Source of the DNA: Dehalococcoidia bacterium
GTDB taxonomy: Bacteria; Chloroflexota; Dehalococcoidia; Lucifugimonadales; UBA3495
NCBI GenBank assembly: GCA_030740155.1
Contig: JASLXV010000085.1
Location: 46,041-110,040, forward strand
Length of the DNA: 64,000 nucleotides
Reading direction: 5' to 3'
Under the pieces are notes generated by a model, which worked only from the letters and a program-made list of their open reading frames with translations, was not told the origin of the DNA and ran no database searches. Every line of letters begins with the position of its first letter. The stretch's first letter is position 1. Both the position numbers and the translations under genes were made by a program. Positions 49,228 through 59,977 of this stretch are shown in pieces.

Positions 49228-49492
49228 GGAGACGATGGATTACGTCTCAGGGCCGAGTTGATGCGAAGAAAGCGTTGCCGTCTGCGTGCTTCCGGGAGCC
49301 GGGTATTGCTGAGATCCCCTGAGCCCAGGGCGGGACCTGCTCATTACGGGGGAGACAGCTGCTCCCCTCCGGCACCAGGCACCCGGTCCCGGCGCCCCGG
49401 CGGACCCGCCAGGCGAGCCCAGACGCCGGCCCGCTCGCCGTCCGTGACGTGGTAGTATTCGTGCCGTGGTATCCACCAAACGGAGGGGGGCT

Positions 49493-50662
49493 ATGAAAAT
49501 CGTGAACATCGAGACGTTCATCGTGGATGCGGGCTGGCGTCCCTGGACCTTCGTCAAAGTTGAGACCGACGAGGGCATCACCGGGTTCGGCGAGTGCACC
49601 AGCAGGACTCCTTACGGCGTCGCCGGTGCAATTCAAGACCTCAAGCGGTTTCTGATAGGTACAGACCCCCGGGCCTATGAGATGCGTTTCTGGGACATGT
49701 ATCGGGCCACGCGCTCCAGCCGGGGCGGCATAGCGGCCGGGGCAATCGCCGGGATTGAGCTGGCGCTGGTGGACATCAAGGCGCGGGCCCTGGGTATCTC
49801 GGTGGTTGAGCTGTTCGGAGGCCCAACCCGGGAGTCGGTTCGCCTTTACTGGTCTCACTGCGGCTCATCCAGGGCACGTGTTCCCGAGATTCTTGGCACG
49901 CCACCGATACGGACAATGGAAGACATCACGGCTCTGGGCCGCGAGGTGGTCAGGCGGGGCTTCACCGCGCTCAAAACCAACACGGTGATCCCCGGCGACC
50001 CGTCTTCAGTCTACGGCTTCGGTGTTTCAGGCGGACCCGGTACCACCGATCAGGTGATTACAACCCCGATGCTCCGGCACATCGAAACCCTGATCGGTAC
50101 CTTTCGGGATGCCGTCGGCCCTGATGTGGACATCAACCTGGACATCAACTTCCATTTCAAACCCGAAAGCTGCATGCGGATTGCCAAGGTGCTGGAGCAG
50201 TTCAACATGTTGTGGCTCGAAATCGATAATCACGATCCCAAGGCCCTTTTGCAGATCAAGGAGTCGACAACCACTAGGATATGCAGCGGCGAGACCCTGC
50301 ATCACATGCGGGAGTACCTGCCATTCTTCGACCTGCACGCCGCCGACGTGTTCATGCTCGACATCCAGTGGAACGGTTTCAGCCAGTCGAAGAAAGTTGC
50401 CGAGCTGGCCGAGGTGTTCCAGCTCAACGTGGCCCCCCACAACTTCAACAGCCATTTGGGGTCTTTCATCGCCGCCAGCCTGTGCGCCGTCGTCCCGAAC
50501 GTCCGCATCATGGAAATCGACATCGATGACGTGGCCTGGAAGGACGACCTGGTTACGAACGCCCCGGAGATCATCAACGGCCGAATGACCGTACCCACCG
50601 GGCTGGGTTGGGGTACCGAGCTGAACGAAGAAGTAATCAAGGAACACCTGCGGAAAGCATGA
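49493..50662 (+). CDS. Mandelate racemase/muconate lactonizing enzyme family (DgoD-like dehydratase)
   Basis: VKVETDEGITG-GE, IELALVDIKA, GFTALK, WLE, SGE, APHN, PTGLGWG. Confidence 0.9.
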   Translation: MKIVNIETFIVDAGWRPWTFVKVETDEGITGFGECTSRTPYGVAGAIQDLKRFLIGTDPRAYEMRFWDMYRATRSSRGGIAAGAIAGIELALVDIKARALGISVVELFGGPTRESVRLYWSHCGSSRARVPEILGTPPIRTMEDITALGREVVRRGFTALKTNTVIPGDPSSVYGFGVSGGPGTTDQVITTPMLRHIETLIGTFRDAVGPDVDINLDINFHFKPESCMRIAKVLEQFNMLWLEIDNHDPKALLQIKESTTTRICSGETLHHMREYLPFFDLHAADVFMLDIQWNGFSQSKKVAELAEVFQLNVAPHNFNSHLGSFIAASLCAVVPNVRIMEIDIDDVAWKDDLVTNAPEIINGRMTVPTGLGWGTELNEEVIKEHLRKA

Positions 50663-50730
50663 TGGGCTGCGGAGTCCGGGGGCCAAACGGCTTACAGACA
50701 GCTTCTAGGTGCGCTTCTCTGACTCACCCG

Positions 50731-52226
50731 CTAGTCGTCAGCGGTGGCCACTCCGGTCTGGGGCGACTTCAAGCCGGCGCCGGGCGCGGGCAGTGCCTTG
50801 TGGAAAGAGTTGATGACGGCCCCGGCGAGCATTATCGCAACTACGGCGAGCGCCGCGACCTGAAAGCCCCGGATGTAAAACCCTTGAGATTCCGATCCGG
50901 TCATCAGGGCGATGGTGGACGGTAACACCGTTGCCATGATAATCGTCGCCAGGGTGGCTCCAAACGCGTGACCCAAATCCCGTGTCGTCTCCAGCATCCC
51001 CGAAGCGAATCCCCGGTGCTCAACCGGCAAAGCGTTCATCACCGTGGCGTTGTTCACCGTGTTGAAGGCGTTGGTGCCAACCGAGATGGGCAACAAGAGG
51101 AGCGGAATGAGCCAGACCGGAGCCTGGCCGGAAAATAGGCCCAGCAACACGAAGCCCGCCGCGATGGAAAGCATGCATCCGGGCCGCAGAAACTTGGGAT
51201 TGTACTTATCGTACACGTTGCCCGCGATTAGAGGCATGAAAAGCCCAAAGGATTGATGGGGCAGCAATACGAGCGTTACGAATATGGGCGACAAGCCCTT
51301 GCCCTCCTCGATCATCACCGGCACCAGGATAAAGGTCGCGAGCATGGAAAGGTGGAACATTACGTTGGAAATCAGCGAGAGGCTGAAGTACTTCTCCCGG
51401 AAATGCCGGAAATCCAGGAACGGGTACTTTGCCCGGCGCTCGACGACGATGAAAAGAGCCAACAAACCCAGGGACAGCAGGTTCACGGGAATGTGGTAGG
51501 AAAGGGCGCTCTCGCTGGTAAAGGCCCCTTCTCCGCCGTGGATATGCATTCCAGAGAGGAGAAACACCGAGGCCGTGGCAACTAGGAGGCCGGCGCCCAG
51601 GTAGTCGATGGGGTTGGAGTCCGCCACCCGTGACCATGGACCTGACGCAAGACCGGCAAGCTGCTCCAGATGACAATGAGGCCAATGGGCAGCAGGGTGA
51701 GGAATACCAGCCGCCAGCTGAGGAATTCGAGGAACAAGCCGAAAAGCCCGAGCCCAATCAACGTGCCCAATCGAGACCCGGTTATGGGGAAGGCATCGGC
51801 GCGTCCTCGCTCTTCGCTGGGAAAGGCGTAGGCCAGCATGGCGTTGCCATTTCCGTGGATCAGCCTGGCGCCAAGGCCCTAGACCCCGCGCCAGATGACG
51901 ACTTGCTCCAGGCTCTGGGCCGACGCGATCAGCACCGCGGCCACCGAGATGATGATCGTTCCCAGGAAGAAGACCCTGGGGTGCCCGTACCGGTCGCCGA
52001 GCCGTGCTCCCAGGAACACCGGGCTGCCCAGCACCAGCAGGTTGACAATCACGATCCAGGCCGCGTCTTCAAGAGAGGCGTCAAGATGTCTGGCCATGCT
52101 GGGAAGAGCCAGATTCACCGGCATACTGGGGAGCTGCACCAGCAACTGGCCGCCGGTCATGGCCACCAGCACTTCTTTACGCTCCCGCGTCCCCACGATG
52201 GCCTTGTAACTACTCAGTATGCCCAC
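50731..52226 (-). pseudogene. MFS (DHA2-like) transporter disrupted by an in-frame TAG (51881-51879) and a frameshift near 51630
   Basis: ARLGDRYG, WRGV*GLGA (expected RxxQG), FPSEERGRA, SWRLVF; then a frame change to IDYLGA, ERRAKYPFLD, GFASG. Confidence 0.82.
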
Positions 52227-52636
52227 TGACTACTCGAGCCTGATGAATGCTGACCCGATCGCGCCATAGGTCCGCCCGGCGCCCTCCGACTGAAAATGGC
52301 GCTTGGCCAGGGCCGGTCCAACCCTTACGAAAAGTGAGGCAAGCCGTGTTGTCCCACCGAGGCGTGGCAGCATGGCTTGCCGTCTTCCGGTCTCGGTGAC
52401 TCTCTGTGGCGGACCAGAAGTATAAATAAATCTAACAGAATTCCTAGCGGCTGGTTAGCCCGGGCCGAGGGACCGGCGCCACTTCTTCGATGAGCCAGCC
52501 TCGCTTTCGTGGCGATGGCCGGCGGGTCAATGCCCGCCGCGACTACTCCCCGTTCCAAGCGGGATCGACCGAAGATCCGCCGAAAGCCTATCCAGCAAAC
52601 CGCCGAACAAAGGCCGTGAGATGGGCTTTTCGCGGT

Positions 52637-53281
52637 TCAGGAGCCGGAATGCAGCGTCGCCGCGGACTGGGACGCTTCTTTTTCAGCCCGGAGCATGTCC
52701 GTGGTCAGCCTGACCAGGGTGTTACGGTTGATTGCGCCCGCCCGTCTTTCGAAAATCTCTCCGTCCGACGTGATGAACACCGTGGTCGGCATACCGGTCA
52801 CATCGTACTTGCGGGGTACGCCGCCGTCGCCGGTGAACCCGGCGGGATAGGTAACTCCCAGCTCCCGCAGCAGGTCTTCCGCGTCCCGGTGCGATCCCAG
52901 GCCCACGAATGGCCCGATGTCGACACCAACAAGGGTCACCTGATCGCGGTACTCTTCGAAAAACTGCTGGAACTGGGGCATCTCGGCCCGGCAGGGCGGA
53001 CAGAGGCCCGCCCAGAAGTTGAGGATCACCGGCTGGCCTCGGAGCTGTGATAACTCCAGGTCTCGGGCGCCCAACTCGGTAACCCCTTGGTACAGAGAGA
53101 ACGAGAAGTTGGGTGCGTTGGAGGCCCCTGCAATAGCTCCGACGGCCAAGACTATGACCACGGCCAAGACGGCAAACGCCGCAGCGCCCAGTCCGCCAAA
53201 CTTCAATGTTTGCCGGCGTTGCTTTTGGGAGCCCGCTCGGGCCGCGGCTGAGACCCGCTGTCCTGACCTCCGTTTCGCCAT
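52637..53281 (-). CDS. TlpA/ResA-like thiol-disulfide oxidoreductase with an N-terminal membrane anchor
   Basis: APNF, ILNFWAGLCPPCRAEMP, GMPTTVFI--DG. Confidence 0.9.
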   Translation of the reverse strand: MAKRRSGQRVSAAARAGSQKQRRQTLKFGGLGAAAFAVLAVVIVLAVGAIAGASNAPNFSFSLYQGVTELGARDLELSQLRGQPVILNFWAGLCPPCRAEMPQFQQFFEEYRDQVTLVGVDIGPFVGLGSHRDAEDLLRELGVTYPAGFTGDGGVPRKYDVTGMPTTVFITSDGEIFERRAGAINRNTLVRLTTDMLRAEKEASQSAATLHSGS

Positions 53282-53592
53282 CGTCCGATCCTCCTAGAAA
53301 GAAGTTGCGTCCCCACGGAAAACAAGAGTTGGACACAAGCTTTAGATGCATCTCGCGACGATGGGATGTAGCACCCCGGCGCTTCACGGATTCCAGCAGG
53401 TACAGCCCGGCGGCAGGGTGAGTCTGGCGAAGAAGGGCAGAGGCAGTTGGGCCTTGGCTCGAAAGCCGGATCGGCGATCAGCCATAGCGCTGCCGGCAGC
53501 AGACGGCAGGCGGGATTGACTTGTCGAGCGATGGGGAGCGGGTGACCATCGAGTTGAGGCGGAGGCAACCGCAATCGTGCCTCAACCGGCCC

Positions 53593-56010
53593 TCAGATTA
53601 CCACCTCTGTCCGCACCAGCTCGTCGAGCTTCTCGGCGGATAGCCCCAGGATGTCCTCGAAGACGAGGCGGTTGTGTTCTCCCTGGTTGGCCCATCCGTC
53701 GATGCGTCCCGGGGTCTCGGAAAGACCCATGGTGACGCCGGGGTACTCCACTGGCCCCGTTTCCGGGTGGTCCATGGTCGTCAGGTAGCTCCGCGCCCTC
53801 AGGTGGTGGTCGTAGACCAGGTCCTCCCCGCTCTGGACCACGCCCGACGCGATGCCAGCCTTTTGCAACGTGCGCATCACCTGCCGGGGGGTGTATTCCC
53901 GGGTCCATTCCCCAACGTGCCGGTCCAGCTCGGCGCGATTCTCAAGGCGCTGTTCGAGGCTGGCGAAGCGCGGGTCCCCGCACCAACGGGGGTCTCCCAT
54001 CACGTTCCGGAAGGCCTGCCACTCCTCCTCGGTGAAGCAGGCAATCACACACCAATCATCGTCGCCCCGGCACTGGTAGGACCCGTGGGGTGCGGCATGG
54101 GGGTGCCAGTTTCCCACCGGTTGGGCGATCCGGTCGTTTACCAAATAATCCAGGTACATGGGCCCCATCAACGAGGCCATGGCGTCGGCGTGGGAGAGGT
54201 CGACATTCTGGCCCTTGCCCGTGAGGGTGTGGTAGTGCAGGGCCGCCGTGGTTGCCAGCGTGGCATATATGGCGGCAACGTAGTCCGGCAGCACGGAATT
54301 GGGCGCCGCCGGTTCATCTGCGCCGGCATAAGACCAGATGTGATAGAGGCCCGAGAAGGCCGCCGTGGTGGCCGCGGCACCTAAATACTCGCTTCGAGGC
54401 CCCGTCATGCCGAAGGCCGGCATGTCCACCACGATGATATCGGGCTTGACGTTTCGCAGGTTCTCGTAATCCAGGCCCCATCTCTTCATGATCTTGGGGT
54501 TGAAGTTCTCCACGACCACGTCGCTGACCCGAACCAAATCCCGGAACAGTTCTTGGCCCTCGGCGGTGTTGAGGTTGATCGTGATGGCTTTCTTGTTCCG
54601 GTTCAGGCCGCCGAAGGTGACCTTCTGCTGAAGGACCACTCTCGGGTCGGGGAAGTCACGTCCTCGACGCTGGTGCGTGGCCGACTCCACCATGATTACC
54701 TCGGCCCCATGCTCTGCGAGCAAACCCGACACCTCGGGCCCGGCGATGGCCATGCCCACGTCGAGGATGCGGATTCCCTCGAGCGCCCGTTTTCCGGGTG
54801 TCAGGGGCGTGGCCGGGGGCGTCGCCGGGCGGGGCGTCCCGGCCAGCCAGGACTCCGACACCTCCCGGTTGTGCTGGCCCAAGAGGGGAGCGGTGCGCCG
54901 CACCACGCATGGGGTCTCGCTCAACTTGTAGGGGGCCCCCAGGATGAAGTGCGGGCCGACTTCAGGGTGATTTGCCTCCTGGAAGGTTCCTCGATGACGG
55001 GTCTGAGGGTCATTGAAGAACTCGCCAGGGGTGTTGATCGGCACGATAGGAATGTGGCGTCGCTGGGCCTCTTCGGATACCTCCAACTTGTCGAATTTGG
55101 CGGCGAACTCGTGGATGTAGGGATCGATGACATCGACGTTCTGTGCCCGGAAGTGGCGGTTCTCCCAGATGGAATCGTTCAGGGCCTCAGGCTTGCCCAT
55201 CCAATCGAAGAGATTGCGCCAATGCCACGGCGAGAGAATGAAGAACTCCGCGAACCCGTCTTTGCACCGGTACGCTCCGTTGGGAGCGGACCCACCCCGG
55301 GCCGAGCGTGACCCCATGCGGCTCAGCAGGTTCTCCAGCGCACTGTAGTTAACCACGATGTACTGCTGCGACGCCTGCACCTCTTGTGACGACACATCGA
55401 CGTGCTGGCCTCTTCCCGAAAGGCGCTGTTGCCGGGCGGCGATGAGCACTCCCACCGCCGTATACACCGAGGCGAGCTGGTAGCCAAGCTCATAGGGCAT
55501 GCTGAGAGGGGGCTTGTCCGCGTCGCCGGACAGGTACATGACCCCGCCCATGGCGAAGGAAACTATTTCGGGGGCTTTGTACTGGCTGTGGGGACCCGTC
55601 TGCCCAAATCCGGAGACGGAGCCCATGACCAGGCCTGGGTTGAGGGATTGGAGGGTGTCGTACCCCAGCCCCAGGGATGCCATATATCCCGGCTGGAAAC
55701 TCTCGATGACGATGTCGGCGCGTTTCACTAACTGTTTGAACGTCTCCCTATCGGCGGGGTCCGGCAGGTCGAGCTGGATACCCTTCTTGTTGCTGTTGGA
55801 GTAGAGGAAGTACAGACTGCGTTCCGGGTGGGGCACATCATCCTTGAAAGGCCCCCAGCCCCGCTCCTCGGCGCCGCCTCGCGGCTCCACCTTCACCACC
55901 TCCGCGCCCAGGTCGGCCAGGAGCCGGCCACACAATTGACCCCGGCAGTCCGCCAGGTCCAATACCCGGAGACCCTGAAGAGCAGAGTCTCCGTCTGAAG
56001 CTGAATTCAT
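53593..56010 (-). CDS. Family III CoA-transferase, fused two-domain (BbsE/BbsF-like halves)
   Basis: Two copies of L-G-RV/ILD..GAEV-K/MVE..N-NKK; APLLGQHN junction; Asp in LPDY only in the C-terminal half. Confidence 0.92.
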   Translation of the reverse strand: MNSASDGDSALQGLRVLDLADCRGQLCGRLLADLGAEVVKVEPRGGAEERGWGPFKDDVPHPERSLYFLYSNSNKKGIQLDLPDPADRETFKQLVKRADIVIESFQPGYMASLGLGYDTLQSLNPGLVMGSVSGFGQTGPHSQYKAPEIVSFAMGGVMYLSGDADKPPLSMPYELGYQLASVYTAVGVLIAARQQRLSGRGQHVDVSSQEVQASQQYIVVNYSALENLLSRMGSRSARGGSAPNGAYRCKDGFAEFFILSPWHWRNLFDWMGKPEALNDSIWENRHFRAQNVDVIDPYIHEFAAKFDKLEVSEEAQRRHIPIVPINTPGEFFNDPQTRHRGTFQEANHPEVGPHFILGAPYKLSETPCVVRRTAPLLGQHNREVSESWLAGTPRPATPPATPLTPGKRALEGIRILDVGMAIAGPEVSGLLAEHGAEVIMVESATHQRRGRDFPDPRVVLQQKVTFGGLNRNKKAITINLNTAEGQELFRDLVRVSDVVVENFNPKIMKRWGLDYENLRNVKPDIIVVDMPAFGMTGPRSEYLGAAATTAAFSGLYHIWSYAGADEPAAPNSVLPDYVAAIYATLATTAALHYHTLTGKGQNVDLSHADAMASLMGPMYLDYLVNDRIAQPVGNWHPHAAPHGSYQCRGDDDWCVIACFTEEEWQAFRNVMGDPRWCGDPRFASLEQRLENRAELDRHVGEWTREYTPRQVMRTLQKAGIASGVVQSGEDLVYDHHLRARSYLTTMDHPETGPVEYPGVTMGLSETPGRIDGWANQGEHNRLVFEDILGLSAEKLDELVRTEVVI

Positions 56011-56096
56011 GAATTCCTCCGGCCCAAGGGTTAACTAACGATGCAAAAGACCATTCGACAATCCGGCCCCGAGCCTTTGAACTACGCTGGCCGCCC

Positions 56097-56132
56097 CCCC
56101 CCTTTTGTAAAAGGGGGCAAGGGGGGATTTCG
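56097..56132. repeat. REP-like palindrome related to 33699-33734
   Basis: Reverse complement reads gcgaaatccccccttgcccccttttacaaaagggg. Confidence 0.65.
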
Positions 56133-56411
56133 CCCGCCGTAACCGCCCTGAAGGCAGCTGACAACTCAGGGGAAATCCCATCTAAAGGCCCGCCAGGTGC
56201 CCGATGCCCTTTGACCGATGAAGGGCGAGCAAATACAATTCTGCCGTTGGATTCTGTACTGGACGATTATACTGGATGCACCCATGTAATCAAGAGTTCA
56301 CCGGCACTGGACCCCGCCGAAAGCTGCGAGGCCCCTTACCAATGTCATGCGGGCTGGCGCAACACAGAGTCGCGGGAGCAATCCAGAGAACGCCCTGATG
56401 AGACAGATGCA

Positions 56412-57167
56412 ATGAACGAACAAGGGATGACGGAAGTGTTCTTCGATATCCACAACAATATTCCGAGAGAGGGTCCAGGCGACTTCGGGTCAACCCAAAA
56501 AGCATTTTCAATGCTGACGAATTTACCCAAAGAGCCTAACATTTTGGATATCGGGTGCGGTCCGGGTAAGCAGACTTTGGACTTAATCCGTCTCACTGCC
56601 GGCAAGATCAAGGCCGTTGACATGCACCAACCTTATCTGGACGCACTCAACGAAAAGGTGGCGCAGGAGGGCCTTTCTGACAGGGTTACAGCCCTGAAAG
56701 GTGACATGTTTGACCTTGGCTTCGAGGAGAGGACTTTTGACCTTATTTGGTCTGAAGGCGCCATCTACATCGTGGGTTTTGAAAAAGGGCTACGAACATG
56801 GCTACCCCTGCTCAAGAAGGGCGGTTACCTCGCCGCCACTGAAATCACATGGATCAAAAACGGTGCACCGAAAGAACCCAGGGCTTTCTGGGAAGAAGCT
56901 TACCCGGCCATGCAGGATGTCGAGGCCAACCTGAAGGTTATTCAGCAGACAGGATATCGACACATTGGGCACTTTACGATTCCAGAATCAGCCTGGTGGA
57001 ACGATTACTACAATCCTGTGGAGAAGAAGCTGGCCGTGCTCCGAGAAAAATACAGAGCAAACATTGAAGCCATGAGTGTTCTTGAAATGGAACAGAAAGA
57101 GATTGACCTGTTCAGGAAGTACTCCAATTGCTACGGCTATGTGTTCTACGTTATGCGAGTCTGTTAG
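56412..57167 (+). CDS. Class I SAM-dependent methyltransferase
   Basis: REGPG, LDIGCGPG, FDLIWSEGAIY-GFE-GL--W--LK-GG, YGYVFY; visibly more AT-rich than its neighbours. Confidence 0.9.
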   Translation: MNEQGMTEVFFDIHNNIPREGPGDFGSTQKAFSMLTNLPKEPNILDIGCGPGKQTLDLIRLTAGKIKAVDMHQPYLDALNEKVAQEGLSDRVTALKGDMFDLGFEERTFDLIWSEGAIYIVGFEKGLRTWLPLLKKGGYLAATEITWIKNGAPKEPRAFWEEAYPAMQDVEANLKVIQQTGYRHIGHFTIPESAWWNDYYNPVEKKLAVLREKYRANIEAMSVLEMEQKEIDLFRKYSNCYGYVFYVMRVC

Positions 57168-57342
57168 GCTCGGCCAAGTAGATTGTTGTCCTCGAACGGC
57201 TCGCTCAAGCAGAGCATGCACTGCGCCGCGTCCGAAGGCGGACTTCAGATTGTCAGTCCGTCTTTCATCGGCTGACTACTCAAAACCCCCCCGCGGGCTC
57301 CGACCGCAGCGCCAAGACTTCAGTCGTGAGGCCGTCTGGCCG

Positions 57343-58560
57343 TCACTCCAGCACCCCCTCGGCCGTCAAGGCGTCGATCTCTTCGTCGCCGAGGTCCAGC
57401 CACTCTCGGAGTACCGGACGAGTGTGCTCGCCGAGGAGAGGGCCCGGGGAGTGAATCCGCGGAGGCGTCCGCGAGAGTTTCCATGGCGCGCCCTCGACGG
57501 TGTGCTTCCCCACCACCGCGTGGTCCACATCCAGGAAGACCTGCCTCTCCTGGATGTGCGAGTTGCGGGTCAGTTCCAAGAGGCTGAAACTGGGAATGGC
57601 CGCGACGCCGTGGGATTGTAGGAGTTCCATCGCCTCCGTGGCGGTCCGCTGCCGCGTCCACTCGGACAGGTGGCGGTCCAGGTTCTCATGGTGGAGCCAG
57701 CGGGCTTGGGCGTCCCGGAAATTCGGGTCCGCGGTCCAGGCGGGGTTGCCCATCGCCCGGCACAGGGACTGCCACTCGCCCTCATCGGACACCGCGATGC
57801 TAATCCATTTGTCGTGCCCCTGGCACGGGTAGCAGTCGTGGGGAGCCATGAAGGGGTGCCGGTTCCCGCGGCGGGTCTGCACCCTCCCGGTCAGGCTGTA
57901 GTCCAACATCGTGTCTCCCACGACACAAGTGGCGACGTCGGAGGCGGCGAGGTCGATATACTGGCCTTTTCGGGTGTCCTGGCGTTCCAGAAGAGCCGCG
58001 ATAACCGCCATGGCAGCCATGGTCCCGGTAGCGAAGTCGAGAGGGATGCGCAGGTCGGCGGGCCGTAGTTCGGGGTAGCCGGTCAGGTGACTGGCTCCAC
58101 CGACGCCGGCGAAGATGGCGGCGTATCCGGGCAGCTTGGTATCCGGACCGCTCTGGCCCCGGGCGGAAACGGAGGCCATAACCAGCCCCGGATTGTTGGC
58201 GCTGAGTTCCTCGTAGCCCAGCCCTAGGCGCTTGGCGACCCCGGGCCGAAAGTTCTCGATCACCACGTCGGCCATCTCCGTCAACCGCTTGGCCACGGCA
58301 CGCCCCTCGGGCTTGCCCAAGTTCAGGCTGACGCTCCGCTTGTTCAGATTCATGGCGCTGAACCTCAACGAAGAATCCAGGTCGTCAGCGGATGCCTCGA
58401 CCCCCGACGCAGGACGCCGGCGCGCCCCGTCGGACCGGTGACGGCTCTCGATCTTGATGGAGTCGGCGCCGAGCATGGCGAGCAGCCCACCGGAGTAGGG
58501 ACCGGCCGCGACCCAGGTGAATTCAACCACTCGTATGCCGTCCAGAGCGGACTGGTGCAC
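57343..58560 (-). CDS. Family III CoA-transferase (BbsF-like)
   Basis: LDGIRVVEFTWVAAGP, NLNKRS, ENFRPG, IPLD, P-LGEHT. Confidence 0.92.
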   Translation of the reverse strand: MHQSALDGIRVVEFTWVAAGPYSGGLLAMLGADSIKIESRHRSDGARRRPASGVEASADDLDSSLRFSAMNLNKRSVSLNLGKPEGRAVAKRLTEMADVVIENFRPGVAKRLGLGYEELSANNPGLVMASVSARGQSGPDTKLPGYAAIFAGVGGASHLTGYPELRPADLRIPLDFATGTMAAMAVIAALLERQDTRKGQYIDLAASDVATCVVGDTMLDYSLTGRVQTRRGNRHPFMAPHDCYPCQGHDKWISIAVSDEGEWQSLCRAMGNPAWTADPNFRDAQARWLHHENLDRHLSEWTRQRTATEAMELLQSHGVAAIPSFSLLELTRNSHIQERQVFLDVDHAVVGKHTVEGAPWKLSRTPPRIHSPGPLLGEHTRPVLREWLDLGDEEIDALTAEGVLE

Positions 58561-58676
58561 TGCGATACCTCTAATCCTTACTGGAAACTAGTGCTAAATG
58601 TCGAGAAACCGGGTCACAACATCTGAACCTGAGGACTACCCCAACAGTTACGAATCAATCTAACGCTGATTTATGA

Positions 58677-59885
58677 CTAGATTATCCCATCCCGGTGGAG
58701 TAGCTCTAGCTTGTTCGGAGAATATCCGAGCCTCTCGCCCAGCACCAGTTGGTTGTGTTCGCCCAGTAGCGGGGCCGGCTGTGGCGGACGGCCCGCGCTT
58801 TCCGTCAGCACGAAGGGCAGGGCTGCATACTGTCCCGTCCCCGCCACGGGGTGTTGGATTTCCTGGAATAGGCCTCGGGCGGCGGATTGGGGGGAATTTA
58901 CCACCTCATCCGGTGTCGCCACATACCCGATGGGGCAGCCGAGTTCAAGGGCGTCCCGGTAGACTTCACCCTTCGTATGCTGGATGGCCCACTCGGCAAT
59001 GTGGCGGTTGATCTCGTCGCCGTGCCGGCACCGGGATTCGTGGGACTCGAACCGGATATCTTCGACCAGATCGAGCCGGCCCATGATCCTCGCCAGCGAG
59101 TGCCAGTGGTTGTTCTCAGCTACTGCGATGACGATGTAGCCGTCCTTACAGGGCATCATCCCGCCATAGGGGTAGGTTCTGGTGAGCCTGGTCTCCTCTT
59201 TCTCACCGCTGGCGATCCGGGCTACGATGTCGCGGTTCAACGCCAGCAGGGCCTCTTGTTTGGATACATCCACGTGCTGCCCTTCCCCCGTTAATCGGCC
59301 GGCGAAGAGGGCGGCGACCGTGGCCAATGCGGCGCTCCCGCCAACTTCGTAATCGCCCATGTGCCCGCCTCCGGTCATGGGCGGTAGCTCAAGGGATTCC
59401 GGGCCGCTCTGGAGGAGGTAGCCGTCACCCCCGGAGTGGTAGCTGTTGATGGGATAGGCCCGGTAGTCGCGGTACGGGCCGGTCTGGCCAAAGGGTGTGA
59501 TCGAGGTAACCACCAGGCGGCGATTGATCTGGCTCAGCCGCGCATATCCCAGACCCAAGGCGTCCAGCGTGCCGGGCGAGGTATCTTCCAGCAGGACATC
59601 CGCCGTCTCGATAAGCTGCTCGAAGATGCGCCGGCCCTTGGGGGTATCCAGGCTCAAGGTGATGCCCAGCTTGCCGGCGTTGGCGTAGAAGTAGAGGCAA
59701 CTCTTTTCAGGATGCGGGGATTCCCCCACGAATGGGCCCTCGTGGCGGGCCGGGTCACCGGCCGGGGGCTCCGCCTTGACCACCTCCGCTCCCAGCGCGG
59801 CGAGCATCTTGCCACAATACGGACCCGCCGCCAACTGGCAATACTCCAGCACGCGAAACCGGCTAAGACACGAATATACGGCCAA
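58677..59885 (-). CDS. Family III CoA-transferase (BbsE-like N-terminus)
   Basis: AGPYCGK-LA-LGAEV-K-EPP-GD-AR--GPF, NAGK, SITPFGQTGPY, GQHVDVS, APLLGEHN. Confidence 0.92.
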   Translation of the reverse strand: MAVYSCLSRFRVLEYCQLAAGPYCGKMLAALGAEVVKAEPPAGDPARHEGPFVGESPHPEKSCLYFYANAGKLGITLSLDTPKGRRIFEQLIETADVLLEDTSPGTLDALGLGYARLSQINRRLVVTSITPFGQTGPYRDYRAYPINSYHSGGDGYLLQSGPESLELPPMTGGGHMGDYEVGGSAALATVAALFAGRLTGEGQHVDVSKQEALLALNRDIVARIASGEKEETRLTRTYPYGGMMPCKDGYIVIAVAENNHWHSLARIMGRLDLVEDIRFESHESRCRHGDEINRHIAEWAIQHTKGEVYRDALELGCPIGYVATPDEVVNSPQSAARGLFQEIQHPVAGTGQYAALPFVLTESAGRPPQPAPLLGEHNQLVLGERLGYSPNKLELLHRDGII

Positions 59886-59977
59886 ATTCCTCCAAGCTCA
59901 TGGGCGGGTGGCGTGACGCCCAGGTCACGGCACCCGGTTACGTTATCGGGATTCTACTGAGCAACCGAAAATGGCGG

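Noticed and set aside
51879..51881. Pyrrolysine or stop-codon reassignment to explain in-frame TAGs (also 10427 and 62134)
   Set aside because: TAG ends many intact genes here (gltX, glnS, fumC, leuA), the affected genes have other lesions, and no pyl genes are present in the window.
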